Shown: positions 24,543 through 34,745, counted from the first letter of the stretch. The stretch: 47,365 bases of DNA from Bdellovibrio sp. (GCA_003176075.1 PSRN01000280.1:1-47365); one strand, 5' to 3'. Numbers and translations: made by a program. Notes: generated from the sequence alone by a model not told the origin.

Positions 24543-26051
24543 TCACGTCGATGGAGAATAGTTCAACCCGGGAAGAACCTTCGCCGGATCAAAGGCGGTG
24601 GGATCCTCGAGGCTCGCCACGGGAACCACGCAATATTGTATGGCGAAGTGGGCCGAGGGGCGGTCGTTCCCCGATTTCAACATACCTCCGAAGGGAAGGC
24701 GGGAACTGGCTCCGTTGGTCGTGCGGTTCCAGTTGAGAAGCCCAACCTTGCATTCCAACAGGGCCTTTTCATAAAGCGAGCGATTCCTGGTGAACAGGGC
24801 CGCCACCAAACCAAAGCCCGTTGAGTTGACGATCTGCAAAGCCTCATCAAAGTCGGAACTCTCGAAAATCGCGACATTGGGGCCAAAGATTTCCGTTTTC
24901 TGATAAATGGAACTGGCATCGAATTTTCGCACGAGAAAAATACTGGGGGTCACATAATGGCCTTTCCACTTCAAGTCGAGGCTCTTTCCCCGCATCAAAC
25001 TTTCGCAATTTTCCCGTTTGGCGATCTCTTGAAATCGCAGATATTTCTCCACCGAGCTTTCATTGATCAAGGGGCCCATGAAAGGATTCTCGGACCAATG
25101 GCCAATGCTGATACGCTTGGCCGCCTGGTAGAACCGGTCGGTGAATTCTTTCGCCACCTTCGGATGGACAATCACCCGGCTGGTGCAGGCGCAGCGCTGC
25201 CCGGAGCTCATGAACGCGCCAATCAATGTCTCATAGACCGCCTTGTCCAGGTCCGCGTCCTCCCAAATGATGGTGGCGTTTTTTCCGCCCATTTCAAGAG
25301 CGTGAATCTTCCAATAATGGGTCAGCGTTTCCTGTTTGATCTTGAGCCCCACCTCGTAAGAACCGGTGAATAGAATCCCGTCCACCTCTTCATGCAAAGT
25401 CAGCTTTCGCCCCAATTCGCCGGCACCTTGAACCATATTGAAGACGCCAGGAGGAAATTCCGCCTTTTCGAACATCTTGGCGTAGAACTGGCCGACCGCC
25501 GGTGTCTGCTCGGAGGGTTTAAACACCACGGTATTGCCAGCCAACAGCGCCGGAATAATATGGCCATTGGGCAAATGAGCCGGAAAGTTAAAAGGACCGA
25601 CGACCGCCATCACCCCTCGCGGCTTGAAGCGAATGACCCCCTCCACACCTGGTAAAGCGTTAGCCACATGGTCTTCTTCGATCAGCTTTGCGGAGTGGGT
25701 CACGGTGAGATCGATCTTTGCCGCCAATCCTGAAGCTTCTGTTTTAGACTCCCAAAGCGGCTTGCCGGTATCCCGTGCGATCAACTCGGCCATTTCAGCG
25801 GCGTGGGAGTTAAAAGTTTCACGCAACCGCATCAGATAATTCTTTCTTTCGTTCAGCGACAGGCGGGCCCAGGGCAAATAAGCTTGCCGTGCCGCCATGC
25901 AGGCTCGTTCAACATGTTCAAGGGAGTATGGCACTTCAATGACCAGGTCCTTCAGATCCGCCGGACTTTGGTCTTGAATTCGGCCTTCCGCCGTCTTCAC
26001 AGGCGTGAATTGTCCATTGATGAAATCGCCAAGGTAAGGGACTTGGTTCAT
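24543..26051 (-). CDS. astD: Aldehyde dehydrogenase, probably succinylglutamate-semialdehyde dehydrogenase AstD
   Basis: ALDH motifs are LEMGGKN and GQRCACTSR. Its start overlaps the astA stop (ATGA). Confidence 0.7.
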   Translation of the reverse strand: MNQVPYLGDFINGQFTPVKTAEGRIQDQSPADLKDLVIEVPYSLEHVERACMAARQAYLPWARLSLNERKNYLMRLRETFNSHAAEMAELIARDTGKPLWESKTEASGLAAKIDLTVTHSAKLIEEDHVANALPGVEGVIRFKPRGVMAVVGPFNFPAHLPNGHIIPALLAGNTVVFKPSEQTPAVGQFYAKMFEKAEFPPGVFNMVQGAGELGRKLTLHEEVDGILFTGSYEVGLKIKQETLTHYWKIHALEMGGKNATIIWEDADLDKAVYETLIGAFMSSGQRCACTSRVIVHPKVAKEFTDRFYQAAKRISIGHWSENPFMGPLINESSVEKYLRFQEIAKRENCESLMRGKSLDLKWKGHYVTPSIFLVRKFDASSIYQKTEIFGPNVAIFESSDFDEALQIVNSTGFGLVAALFTRNRSLYEKALLECKVGLLNWNRTTNGASSRLPFGGMLKSGNDRPSAHFAIQYCVVPVASLEDPTAFDPAKVLPGLNYSPST

Positions 26052-27097
26052 ACTTGCTCCTTTCTTCCTCGAGGGTAGTCAAAGGGAGTCACAAAAACAC
26101 TTTGGCCCGCCTCGAGTCTGAGGGTCTGCTGGGCCATCGGCGCCACTGCAATCTCATTTTCACCCAGATTACCATAAGAAACCAAAGCGGCCATGAATTC
26201 GCCGTCATCGTCAACAAAGCCAAGGAGGCCGTGTTGGTTGTAAACCGCGTCGTGGGTCTCTCTCACCACCATGCGACGCCCCTGTTTGATGGGCAGAATT
26301 TGCGACATGGGCGCCCCAAAATGGGGGCCGCCATCAAAAGGATCGACCTCTTCCAGGTAACGAAAGCCGATCGATTCAAGCAAATACTGGGCTGGCTTTG
26401 TTTGCTCGCCAACGCGCCCGAGCACTAACCGGGCCCTGGCGTCGAGAAGGCAAAGATAGATATCACCCTCCGGAAATAAAGACGTGATGAACTCCTTGTT
26501 GTTTTGGCTCAGCAGGTCGGCTTCCTGGTAAGGAAGCCCGGTGAAACGCCGCCCGAGCGCTTCCCAAAATTCGCTGCGGCCCTCCTCGGTCAAAGGCGGC
26601 GTGAGCTCGCAAAGAACTCTTTTTTCAAATTGGTCTGGAAAAAGCGCCATATAAACAAAACGAACAAGGGAAATTTGCTTGCCCAACCGCTCGGGCCTTT
26701 TGCGATAAAGTTTATCCACCAACAAGCCGCCAATTTCAGTGGGCCCATCGGTCTCCTGGCTGAAGCGAAGAACCTTGTGGATAAAACCAACCCCCAAATC
26801 CTGGCTGACGTGGCTTTTCTCAATGATTTTGTAGAACGAATGCGGCAACTTGGGAGTCCCATGCTTGGCCATGATCATGGAGCTTCCGACCACCAGCTTT
26901 TCCTCTGTGTCTTCCAGGACAAAGAAGTATTCCGCCTCTTCCCTGGGAACCTGTCCCCCAAAAGAGGCCAGACTGCGTTCAATTTTTCGCCCAATCACCC
27001 GTCGATCCGCCGGCAGGTTTAACAGGACAAACTGTCTCGCCAAATCCACGAGCTGAGGTAAATCTTCGATGCGAGTCCCGCGCAAAATAAAACTCAT
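26048..27097 (-). CDS. astA: Arginine/ornithine N-succinyltransferase AstA
   Basis: It collinearly resembles AstA as I remember it (ILRGTRIEDL, FVLED, ELTPP, FWEALGRRF, DPFDGGPHF). Confidence 0.8.
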   Translation of the reverse strand: MSFILRGTRIEDLPQLVDLARQFVLLNLPADRRVIGRKIERSLASFGGQVPREEAEYFFVLEDTEEKLVVGSSMIMAKHGTPKLPHSFYKIIEKSHVSQDLGVGFIHKVLRFSQETDGPTEIGGLLVDKLYRKRPERLGKQISLVRFVYMALFPDQFEKRVLCELTPPLTEEGRSEFWEALGRRFTGLPYQEADLLSQNNKEFITSLFPEGDIYLCLLDARARLVLGRVGEQTKPAQYLLESIGFRYLEEVDPFDGGPHFGAPMSQILPIKQGRRMVVRETHDAVYNQHGLLGFVDDDGEFMAALVSYGNLGENEIAVAPMAQQTLRLEAGQSVFVTPFDYPRGRKEQV

Positions 27098-27185
27098 TCT
27101 TTTATCCTCACCTCTTTTATCCTCACCTCATCCTCGATTTCACGCATTCACAGCTTCACGCATTCACAGTTCGTGCATTCACGCT
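27098..27185. repeat. Two tandem-repeat blocks in the M20-astA spacer
   Basis: Block 1 is a perfect 15-bp tandem TCTTTTATCCTCACC x2 (27098-27127). In the sense direction it reads GGTGAGGATAAAAGA x2 and abuts the astA ATG. Block 2 is a 16-bp unit x3: TTTCACGCATTCACAG, CTTCACGCATTCACAG, TTCGTGCATTCACGCT (27138-27185). Confidence 0.85.
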
Positions 27186-27187
27186 CG

Positions 27188-28555
27188 TCAGCAGCAAAAC
27201 TTCTCGATCATGCCGACATAAAAATCCACGGCGGCTTTCAAATCATCAATTGTAACATGCTCCCTGGGAGTAAACACATTTCCTTCACTTTGACCCGGCC
27301 CGAAAGAGATGCACTCCACCCCGGCGCGGCTGAATAATGACGCCTCATTGGTTGAGGAATGGGTTTTGGGGCTTGAAGCCCTACCCAATTTCGCCAGAAC
27401 ATCTTGGGCTCCCTGAACCAGGGTCGAATTTGGGTCGGCGCGGTAAGGTCGCTTGAAGTGATTGACATGACATTCGCCGGACATTTGTCGACAGACTCCG
27501 CCGATTTCATCCATCCATTTTTCATAAATTTCCATGGGCACCTGGGGCACAATTCGCACGTCCACCGCCAACTCCACCGAATCTTCAAAGGTCCGCACGG
27601 ATCCAATGTTCAAGGTGGGATGGCTAGGGGTAAAATCCTGATCCTGAAAAGACGCGAACTCCAGCTCCAAGTTCAGAACGGTTTTGAACAGGCGGTTGAG
27701 TTTTTTCGCCATCGAGAAACGAAATCCCGAAACCGGATCAATCTCCAGAAAGGCGTGGGCCGGCACGGTGGCCACGTCCACCCCTCCGTCGATCTCCATA
27801 ATGGCGATATCCTCCGGCAGTTGTGCCAAGTGGTAAAAAAGTTTCTTGATGGCGCTGTCTCCGAGCTGGGGCGTCGACGCGTGCGCCGGCTTTCCGCTGA
27901 ACGTTTTTGACATGGACGAGGTGCTCTCGCGTAAATTGTGTTCCGTCCGAAACGCCAGTTCATCCTTTTCAAAAGGGATACGGATCTGAATGCGGGCCTG
28001 GCCTTTGCCAGCGACCAGGACTCGCAAGCTGGAAGGCTCTCCAATGATCGCGAAACGGGGGTTGATAAGGTTTTTGCGCATCAGTTTGAGAGCCCCGGTC
28101 ATGCCATCCTCCGCGCCAAAAGTCCCGACGAGAACCGGTTTCTTCGCCGCCGCCCACGTTGCGCCACGGGCGTTGATACGTTTCAAAGCTTCGAGCTTGC
28201 ACAAGAAATCGAGCTTGCAGTTGGCGGTTCCCACGCCGAATATTTTGCCGTCAATGATATGCGCGTCGAAAGGATTGTAATGATTTTCCTTCCACAAGCC
28301 AAAGGGGCCTGGGTCGGCGGTATCCAGATGGGTTTGCAACATCAAGCTGTCTTCGTCGGAAGAACCGCCAGCGGGCCGAATGATCACATTCGCTTGCGGC
28401 ACTTCGCCGGACCGCTCTTCTTGCAGCACCACCGTAAGCCCGGCTTGCTGGGCCGCCTTTGCGACCCAAGACACGACCGCCCTGTTCCCTTGCGAGGGGC
28501 TCGAATCAATGCTGATCAGGGTTCGACAGTCTTCGACAAACTGTGAAGTCGTCAC
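27188..28555 (-). CDS. M20-family metallopeptidase / deacylase (ArgE/DapE-like)
   Basis: The HLDTADPG motif and overall ArgE/DapE-like layout are present. The GTG start overlaps the aminotransferase stop (GTGA). Confidence 0.7.
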   Translation of the reverse strand: MTTSQFVEDCRTLISIDSSPSQGNRAVVSWVAKAAQQAGLTVVLQEERSGEVPQANVIIRPAGGSSDEDSLMLQTHLDTADPGPFGLWKENHYNPFDAHIIDGKIFGVGTANCKLDFLCKLEALKRINARGATWAAAKKPVLVGTFGAEDGMTGALKLMRKNLINPRFAIIGEPSSLRVLVAGKGQARIQIRIPFEKDELAFRTEHNLRESTSSMSKTFSGKPAHASTPQLGDSAIKKLFYHLAQLPEDIAIMEIDGGVDVATVPAHAFLEIDPVSGFRFSMAKKLNRLFKTVLNLELEFASFQDQDFTPSHPTLNIGSVRTFEDSVELAVDVRIVPQVPMEIYEKWMDEIGGVCRQMSGECHVNHFKRPYRADPNSTLVQGAQDVLAKLGRASSPKTHSSTNEASLFSRAGVECISFGPGQSEGNVFTPREHVTIDDLKAAVDFYVGMIEKFCC

Positions 28556-29958
28556 GGCTTGGGCCGACCCCCGGTCGCCGCCGCGGCCTCTTCGACGATC
28601 GCGGCTTCGATGACCTTGCGTGCGACGTCAATGTCGGCATCCTGGATAACGGCGGGAATCAGAAAGCGTATGCGCACCGGATCTTTCCCGCAACTGAAGG
28701 CCACGACTCCCTTGGCGAACATATTCTTCAAGATCCGGTCCACGGTCTCCTTCTTTCCGTCGAGAGGAGTCGCGGCCACCATCAGGCCGAGCCCCTCGGC
28801 GTCCTGCAGTTTTCCTTTGCAACTCGTCTGGTTGAGTTCATTCAACATACCCACAAATTTCTTGTGGATCTGTTGAATGCGTCCTTGCGGCCCAAGGTAG
28901 CCCTCTTGCAACATTTCGATGATTTCCACGCCCGCCGAAAGGGCCGCCGAACTTCCCGAGAAAGTTCCAGCAATCAAACCGGGCGCCGGGTTCATTTCTT
29001 CCGTGTAGAGGGTTATGCCCACCTGGGCCGTTTTCGCGATGGTGCAGATGTCAATGTACTGACCCACATCCAAAGTCTCAAAAGCAAAGAGTTCACCGGT
29101 GCGGGAAAAGGTTTGAATCTCATCCGCCCACAGAATAATTTTGTGCTTCTGGCAAAACTCAAATAGCGGCACGAAAAACTCGCGGGGAGCCGGTGTGTAA
29201 CCGCCTTCGCCGAGCATCGGCTCAAAGACAAAAGTTGAAATTTGACCCTGGTGCTTGGCCACGTGGTCTTGCAAAGCCCGCAGGGTTTTTTCACCCGACT
29301 GCGGGTCCCGCTTATTGTAAAACGGCAGGCGAAGGACCTCGTGGTACTCCGGCAGCCCGACCTTGAAGGACGGGTTGTCAGTGATTTCGGCCATCATCGT
29401 CGAGCGACCGGCAAAGGCATTCTGGAACGTCAGAATCATACGCGCCGGGGTTCGCTTTTGCCGGGTAATTTTCAACGCGCTCTCATTGGCCATCGTTCCG
29501 CAAGTTGAAGGCCAGGCGTATTTGAGCCGGCTTTTGCGGCCGGCAAGCTGGGTGATCTTCTCCACCATGCGCGAGTATTCAAGGTTCGGCTGCAAGTTCC
29601 CCTGGTTCACGGTATCGGCGAGTGCTCCGCGAACGGCCGCCGCAATCACCCGCGGATGAGCGTGACCCATGAGGTGAACACCGATGCCGTTGATCAGGTC
29701 CAGCTTCACACTCCCATCTTCAAGCTCGACATAGCATCCCCTGCCGGCACCAGTGCCAAGATAATTATACTGCAGCGGCCGTCCCCGCAATTGGCCGACT
29801 TTTTCCATCTCCTTCTGTCCTGAAGCCACCCATTCATCGGCGGGCGGCCGCAGCCCTTCAATCCTTGCATTGAATTGAGTCACCTCATGGACGAGATCTT
29901 GGATCAATTTTTGAATGGCTGGAGATTTCTTGATTTGATGGCCTACAAGCTGAGACAT
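28552..29958 (-). CDS. Class-III PLP-dependent aminotransferase (AstC/ArgD-like)
   Basis: Motifs are GIGVHLMGHAHP, FEPMLGEGG, ADEIQTFSRTGELFAFE and TIAKTAQVG (putative PLP Lys). Confidence 0.75.
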   Translation of the reverse strand: MSQLVGHQIKKSPAIQKLIQDLVHEVTQFNARIEGLRPPADEWVASGQKEMEKVGQLRGRPLQYNYLGTGAGRGCYVELEDGSVKLDLINGIGVHLMGHAHPRVIAAAVRGALADTVNQGNLQPNLEYSRMVEKITQLAGRKSRLKYAWPSTCGTMANESALKITRQKRTPARMILTFQNAFAGRSTMMAEITDNPSFKVGLPEYHEVLRLPFYNKRDPQSGEKTLRALQDHVAKHQGQISTFVFEPMLGEGGYTPAPREFFVPLFEFCQKHKIILWADEIQTFSRTGELFAFETLDVGQYIDICTIAKTAQVGITLYTEEMNPAPGLIAGTFSGSSAALSAGVEIIEMLQEGYLGPQGRIQQIHKKFVGMLNELNQTSCKGKLQDAEGLGLMVAATPLDGKKETVDRILKNMFAKGVVAFSCGKDPVRIRFLIPAVIQDADIDVARKVIEAAIVEEAAAATGGRPKP

Positions 29959-30189
29959 AAAAAACCTTTCGTTTTTGAAACAGAATCACAGACAGTAACT
30001 GAGTTTATCGCCGCAGGTCGTTGATGACAAGGCAACAGGCTGAGAATTAGACTCCCCAACTGTATCTCGACACAGTGATTCTGACGGTCGAGGTACTAGT
30101 GCCGTGGAACTGCACTAAACTGCGCAAAACTACATTGGTTGTTCAGTGCGGCGAATATCCGCCGCCCAAGCTGACTCGAGGATCGTCTA

Positions 30190-30984
30190 TTGAGGGCTTT
30201 TTTCATTCTTCTAATCTTCACTTTGACCATGGGTTCTTCGCAAGCTTCAGCCGCTGATGAAGACAGTTTTCAAAAAGGGCTGGCGCTGCTTCAATCAAAC
30301 GACGCGGCCGGAGCGATCGAAGCTTTCAAGGCGGCGCTTAAGAGTTCGCCCAACGATGTGAGCATTCTAACCAACCTTGGCATTGCCTGCTCACGTGCCG
30401 GGCAAAAAGGTTGGGCCATTGCTTTTTTGCGGCAAGCACGGACCCTTGGATCCAATTGGCCGGAGACCTCACAGGCCTTGACATTTGTCCTCTCCCAGTT
30501 GGAAGTGAAAGAACTACCCCATGAGCTCAGTCTTTGGGAGACAGCCCACGAAAGGGCCCTGGGGCAGGCCCAGGCCGAAACGCTGGCGACTGTTTGGGCC
30601 CTCTGTCTTTTGGTCTCGGGGTTTCTTCTGATCCGCCACCTCACGGCCCGTCGGCGCAGCCAACTCAATGAGGAAGTACCGCCCGGTTTGGGCTTGCTCC
30701 AGTGGAGCAGTTTTGTTCTCAGCTTTCTCGTCGGCCTGCTTCTTTGGGCGAAGCTGGTCGACCAATCCATCGTTCGCGCCACCGTGGTCGCCGACAAGGT
30801 CAGCGCCGTTTCCGCGCCCGCCAAGGATGCGCCAGCGCTTTTTGATCTCTCCGCCGGGCTGGAAGTTTATGTTCACGACAAAAAAGATAATTTCTATCAG
30901 GTTCAATACCCCGGCGGCTCCACCGGCTGGGTTCCCGTCGATAACGTGTATATTACACAGTCGAAGGAGTTGATCGGACCGTGA
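30190..30984 (+). CDS. TPR plus C-terminal SH3-like membrane protein (BatE-like architecture)
   Basis: It has a signal peptide, TPR-like repeats, two TM segments and a C-terminal YVHDKKDNFYQVQYPGGSTGWVPVDNVY. The start is TTG. Confidence 0.6.
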   Translation: MRAFFILLIFTLTMGSSQASAADEDSFQKGLALLQSNDAAGAIEAFKAALKSSPNDVSILTNLGIACSRAGQKGWAIAFLRQARTLGSNWPETSQALTFVLSQLEVKELPHELSLWETAHERALGQAQAETLATVWALCLLVSGFLLIRHLTARRRSQLNEEVPPGLGLLQWSSFVLSFLVGLLLWAKLVDQSIVRATVVADKVSAVSAPAKDAPALFDLSAGLEVYVHDKKDNFYQVQYPGGSTGWVPVDNVYITQSKELIGP

Positions 30985-30994
30985 TGGGGCAAGC

Positions 30995-31549
30995 GTGGGC
31001 GGCGAGAAAAGGGAGAGCGTGGTGAACTTTATCTGGGACAATATTTTCCGGCAAACCGACAAAGAGAGAACGTTAACCCAACGGCTCAGACAAAATGTGC
31101 TGTTCCAGGATTTGACCGGGACTGAACTTCGCCTGCTTGAAAACATCGTCAATGTTCGAAGCTATCGGCCTTCGGAAACAATTTTTCGGCAGGGCGAGGC
31201 CGGCGTCGGCATGTATATCATTTCGAAGGGGGCCGTGAATATCTACGTCGAGGAAATGATCAACGCGACCGGCGAATTGCAAAGCGTGCCGGTCACCCAC
31301 CTCAGCGAAGGGGATTTCTTTGGCGACCTGGCCCTGGTCGAGGAAAACAGCCGGCGCAGCGCCACCGCCATCTCCGCCGAAGAGACTGTGTTGATCGGCT
31401 TTTTCAAGCCCGCCCTCCTCGAGATCGCGCAACGAAACCCCACGGCCGGGGTGAAGATCCTGCTTCGCCTCGGCGAAGTCCTGGGACGGCGGCTGCGCGA
31501 GACCACGGCGAAGATCACTGAACTTAAAAGAGAGACCAAAACCACATGA
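30995..31549 (+). CDS. Cyclic-nucleotide-binding domain protein
   Basis: cNMP-binding motifs are IFRQGEAGVGMYIISKGAVNIYV and GDFFGDLALVEENSRRSATAIS. The start may be GTG 31019/31022, after GGGAGAG. Confidence 0.75.
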   Translation: MGGEKRESVVNFIWDNIFRQTDKERTLTQRLRQNVLFQDLTGTELRLLENIVNVRSYRPSETIFRQGEAGVGMYIISKGAVNIYVEEMINATGELQSVPVTHLSEGDFFGDLALVEENSRRSATAISAEETVLIGFFKPALLEIAQRNPTAGVKILLRLGEVLGRRLRETTAKITELKRETKTT

Positions 31550-32598
31550 CGGCCGTCGAATACGCCATCGTTCGCGAGCGAAGAATCAAACTTTTCTTCT
31601 TTCTGGGGAGTCTTATACTCGCATTTCTCTTTGTCCTCTTCGTCAACAACATGATGGTTTCATTGATTGTGGCCGTGACCATGTACTACCTTCTCGCGCC
31701 GCTGGTTGATCTTCTCGAACGATGGGGCCTGTCGCGGATCTGGGCGACGACCATCCCTTTTTTGACGGTCATCGTTGTTGTGGCCCTGACCAGCGCTCTC
31801 TTGCTCCCGGCCCTTTGGGATCAGGTCAAAGTTCTGCAAAACGAAGCCGACAAGTACACGAAGGCTTTTTCCGAACTGCTGGATCAGGCCGAAGGGCAGT
31901 TTGGGGCCTTTTTTAAGAGCGGCGAAAATCCGAGCTTGCGCCATCAGGTCGTCCCCCTGGTGAGTGATTGGGCGGCGCAATTTTTCAAGGGGTTGCCCGA
32001 CCTGATTTCGAAATCGTTCACGGTCCTTTTGCTGGCGCCCTTTTTTGGCTTTTTCCTGCTTCTCGATGGCCGGGATTTGCTGCGCAAGTGGCTCAATTTC
32101 GTTCCCAACAACATTTTTGAACTTTCGCTCAATCTTTCCTATCAGATCGGCACTCAAATCGGTGGCTTTGTCCGTGCCCGTCTGATCGAAAGCGTCTTCG
32201 TCGCGATAATTACCTGGGTTGGCCTGATGATCCTGGGCTTTCCATTCGCGCTGGCTCTGGCTTTCCTGGCCGGAGTTCTCAATATCATTCCTTATGTCGG
32301 TCCCGTCATCGCCGCGGGCCCGGTGATTCTCATCAGTTTAGCCAATGGCGACGGATTGACTGGCGTCTTGTTGATCGCCGGTTTATACGTCTTGATCCAA
32401 TTTCTCGATGGGGCGATCTTAGTCCCTTTTCTCGTCGCCCGCATTGTCAACTTGCATCCCGTGACCGTCATCGTGGCGGTGATCATGGGATCCCAGCTTT
32501 TGGGAATTCTAGGGATGATCATCTGCATTCCGTTGGTGAGCGCGCTGAAAGTAACCACCCTGGCGGTCTATCGTCACTTGATTAACTTTCGTACTTAG
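31546..32598 (+). CDS. AI-2E family transporter (PerM/UPF0118)
   Basis: It is a polytopic membrane protein whose C-terminal half (FLAGVLNIIPYVGPVIA) is typical of the family. Confidence 0.75.
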   Translation: MTAVEYAIVRERRIKLFFFLGSLILAFLFVLFVNNMMVSLIVAVTMYYLLAPLVDLLERWGLSRIWATTIPFLTVIVVVALTSALLLPALWDQVKVLQNEADKYTKAFSELLDQAEGQFGAFFKSGENPSLRHQVVPLVSDWAAQFFKGLPDLISKSFTVLLLAPFFGFFLLLDGRDLLRKWLNFVPNNIFELSLNLSYQIGTQIGGFVRARLIESVFVAIITWVGLMILGFPFALALAFLAGVLNIIPYVGPVIAAGPVILISLANGDGLTGVLLIAGLYVLIQFLDGAILVPFLVARIVNLHPVTVIVAVIMGSQLLGILGMIICIPLVSALKVTTLAVYRHLINFRT

Positions 32599-32691
32599 AG
32601 CCCACCTCATCGGTAGGCTCTTAACGTTGAGGGTGCTTGAGCTCAGTTGACTTTGGCTAAACCCCGGAAGTAAACTTCAACCGAGGTATGA

Positions 32692-33492
32692 ATGCCCCGG
32701 GCTGTCGGACACTCCTGCAACTTCAAATTCAAAATGAGATGCAATGGATCCAAGAGGATCCTATCTCTCGGGACTTTATTTCCCTTTCTGCTCAGCCTGG
32801 TTTTGGTCGCCTGCTCCGCCGAAGAAAAGAAATCCGATACGCCTGAAGGGGCCTTCGCCATTGCCCAGGAATTCGATCAGAACGAACGTTACGAGGAAGC
32901 GATCCGCCGATATCAGGAAGTCAAAAATAAATACCCCTATAGCAAATTCGCGGTACAGGCCGAACTCGCGATCGCCGACGCTTACTTCAAAGAAGAATCT
33001 TACCCGGAGGCACAGGTCTCCTACCAAACTTTCAAGGAACTTCACCCCAAGCATGCCAACATCGACTACGTCACTTACCGGTTGGCGATGAGTTTTTACA
33101 ATCAGCTCCCTGAAACCATCGATCGGGACCTCAGTTTAAGCCAAAACGCCATGACTTACTTTGACGAGCTCGTCGCCCATTATCCCAATTCACCTCACGT
33201 TGCCGAAGCGAAAGAGAAGAAGATCGATTGCCTCAAGAAGTTGGCTGGGAAAGAAGAGTATATCGGTGATTTTTATTATATTCGAGGCAAGTACGACAGC
33301 GCCCTGGGCCGTTACGAACAGCTCCTGAAACTTTATGCGAATCTGGGATTTGACGCGAAAGCCTTATCGCGAGCCGCGATTTGTGCCGGGCGAACAGGAG
33401 AACTGGAGCGGGCCCGCGGATTTCTCGGGCGGCTGAAAAAGGAGTTTCCCGACTCCTCCGAACTCGCGGAGGCTCAAAGGGAGGTTCACTGA
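32692..33492 (+). CDS. bamD: Outer-membrane protein assembly factor BamD
   Basis: The lipobox is LVAC. TPR-like BamD motifs follow (YEEAIRRYQEVKNKYPYSKFAVQAELAIADAYFKEESYPEA, HPKHANIDYVTYRLAMS). ATG 32692 follows GAGG. An alternative ATG is at 32734. Confidence 0.8.
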   Translation: MPRAVGHSCNFKFKMRCNGSKRILSLGTLFPFLLSLVLVACSAEEKKSDTPEGAFAIAQEFDQNERYEEAIRRYQEVKNKYPYSKFAVQAELAIADAYFKEESYPEAQVSYQTFKELHPKHANIDYVTYRLAMSFYNQLPETIDRDLSLSQNAMTYFDELVAHYPNSPHVAEAKEKKIDCLKKLAGKEEYIGDFYYIRGKYDSALGRYEQLLKLYANLGFDAKALSRAAICAGRTGELERARGFLGRLKKEFPDSSELAEAQREVH

Positions 33493-34220
33493 TGGCGAAC
33501 GTTCTGTTTGACGAAATGTTCGACGAAGCCAAACGTGAATTCATCGAGGGAAACTATCTGATCGCCGAGCCCATCCTGAACCAGCTCATCCTTCGCAACA
33601 CGCGCAATCCCGAAGTTTTCCAAATGCTCGCCACCATTTATTACGACAAGGGCCAGTTCAATAAAGCGATCAGGACCTTCCGGCGGGCCTTGGAAATTGA
33701 TCCCACCTACACCGACGCCAGCGTCGGGCTGTCGATCATCCTCAACGACCTCGGCCGCTACGACGAAGGCCGACAGGTCTTCGAGGAGGCCCAGGGGCTT
33801 CTCGATCGTAAGAAAGGTCAGACCGACCCCTGGCTCGAGGAGAAACTGGCCTCCAAACACGAAGAGATCGCCGATCTTTATTTTCAATACCACCGGTACG
33901 CGGAATCCCTTGACCAATTGCTTAGAGCCCTTAAGCTGTCGACCCGGAAGACGGAAATTTCAATGCGCATGGCAGAGTGTTTTGTCAAATTAGGAGATTC
34001 CGACCGGGCCGTTCGGGAGCTTAAAGGCATCATCAAGGACTATCCGCAATATCTCCCGGCCCGCATCAAGATCGGACTGGTGTACTACAATATGGGCCTG
34101 ATGGCCGAGGCCACTGAACAGTGGGAAAACGTTCTTTACCGCGACCCGCACCATGCGGAAGCCAAGAAGCTGTTGAAGATGGCTCAGGCCGCCGGAATAA
34201 CCCAGGTCGGGGCGGTTTGA
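33492..34220 (+). CDS. TPR-repeat protein
   Basis: The ATG overlaps the bamD stop (TGATG), so the track start at 33381 is over-extended. It has multiple TPR units. Confidence 0.7.
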   Translation: MANVLFDEMFDEAKREFIEGNYLIAEPILNQLILRNTRNPEVFQMLATIYYDKGQFNKAIRTFRRALEIDPTYTDASVGLSIILNDLGRYDEGRQVFEEAQGLLDRKKGQTDPWLEEKLASKHEEIADLYFQYHRYAESLDQLLRALKLSTRKTEISMRMAECFVKLGDSDRAVRELKGIIKDYPQYLPARIKIGLVYYNMGLMAEATEQWENVLYRDPHHAEAKKLLKMAQAAGITQVGAV

Positions 34221-34226
34221 GGTCCT

Positions 34227-34745
34227 ATGAAGAATCTGCGGGGGGACTTGGTCCCATTCATGAAAAGCGAAGAAATTCACAAGGTGGTTCGCAACTTGGC
34301 CAGGCAAATCGAAATGGACTACGAGGGCAAAGAGATTATTTTCATTTGCCCCTTGCGGGGATCCATTCACCTGATGGCCGACTTGGCGAGGGAGGTTCGC
34401 CTCCCCCAGCAGATCGAGTTCGTCCACATGAAGGCGGGCAAGAAGGGCGGGACCATTTCCGTGATCAAGGATATTGGCATCGACATCGCCGGCAAGAATG
34501 TGATTATTGTCGAGGAGATCATTGATAGCGGCCGGACCTTGATATTTTTGCGGGACCGACTGCTGTTGGGTCGACCTGCTTCTTTGCGGATCTTAACCCT
34601 TTTGGACAAGCCGGCACGAAGAGACCTGCCGATTCAAGCCGATTACATCGGCAAGGTCATCGACGATCGCTACATCGTGGGATACGGCATGGACTCGGAA
34701 GAATCCGGCCGGCATTTCCCTGACATTTACTTTTTGGCGAATTGA
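34227..34745 (+). CDS. hpt: Hypoxanthine phosphoribosyltransferase
   Basis: It has the PRPP-binding motif VIIVEEIIDSGRTL and the C-terminal YIVGYGMD. Confidence 0.85.
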   Translation: MKNLRGDLVPFMKSEEIHKVVRNLARQIEMDYEGKEIIFICPLRGSIHLMADLAREVRLPQQIEFVHMKAGKKGGTISVIKDIGIDIAGKNVIIVEEIIDSGRTLIFLRDRLLLGRPASLRILTLLDKPARRDLPIQADYIGKVIDDRYIVGYGMDSEESGRHFPDIYFLAN

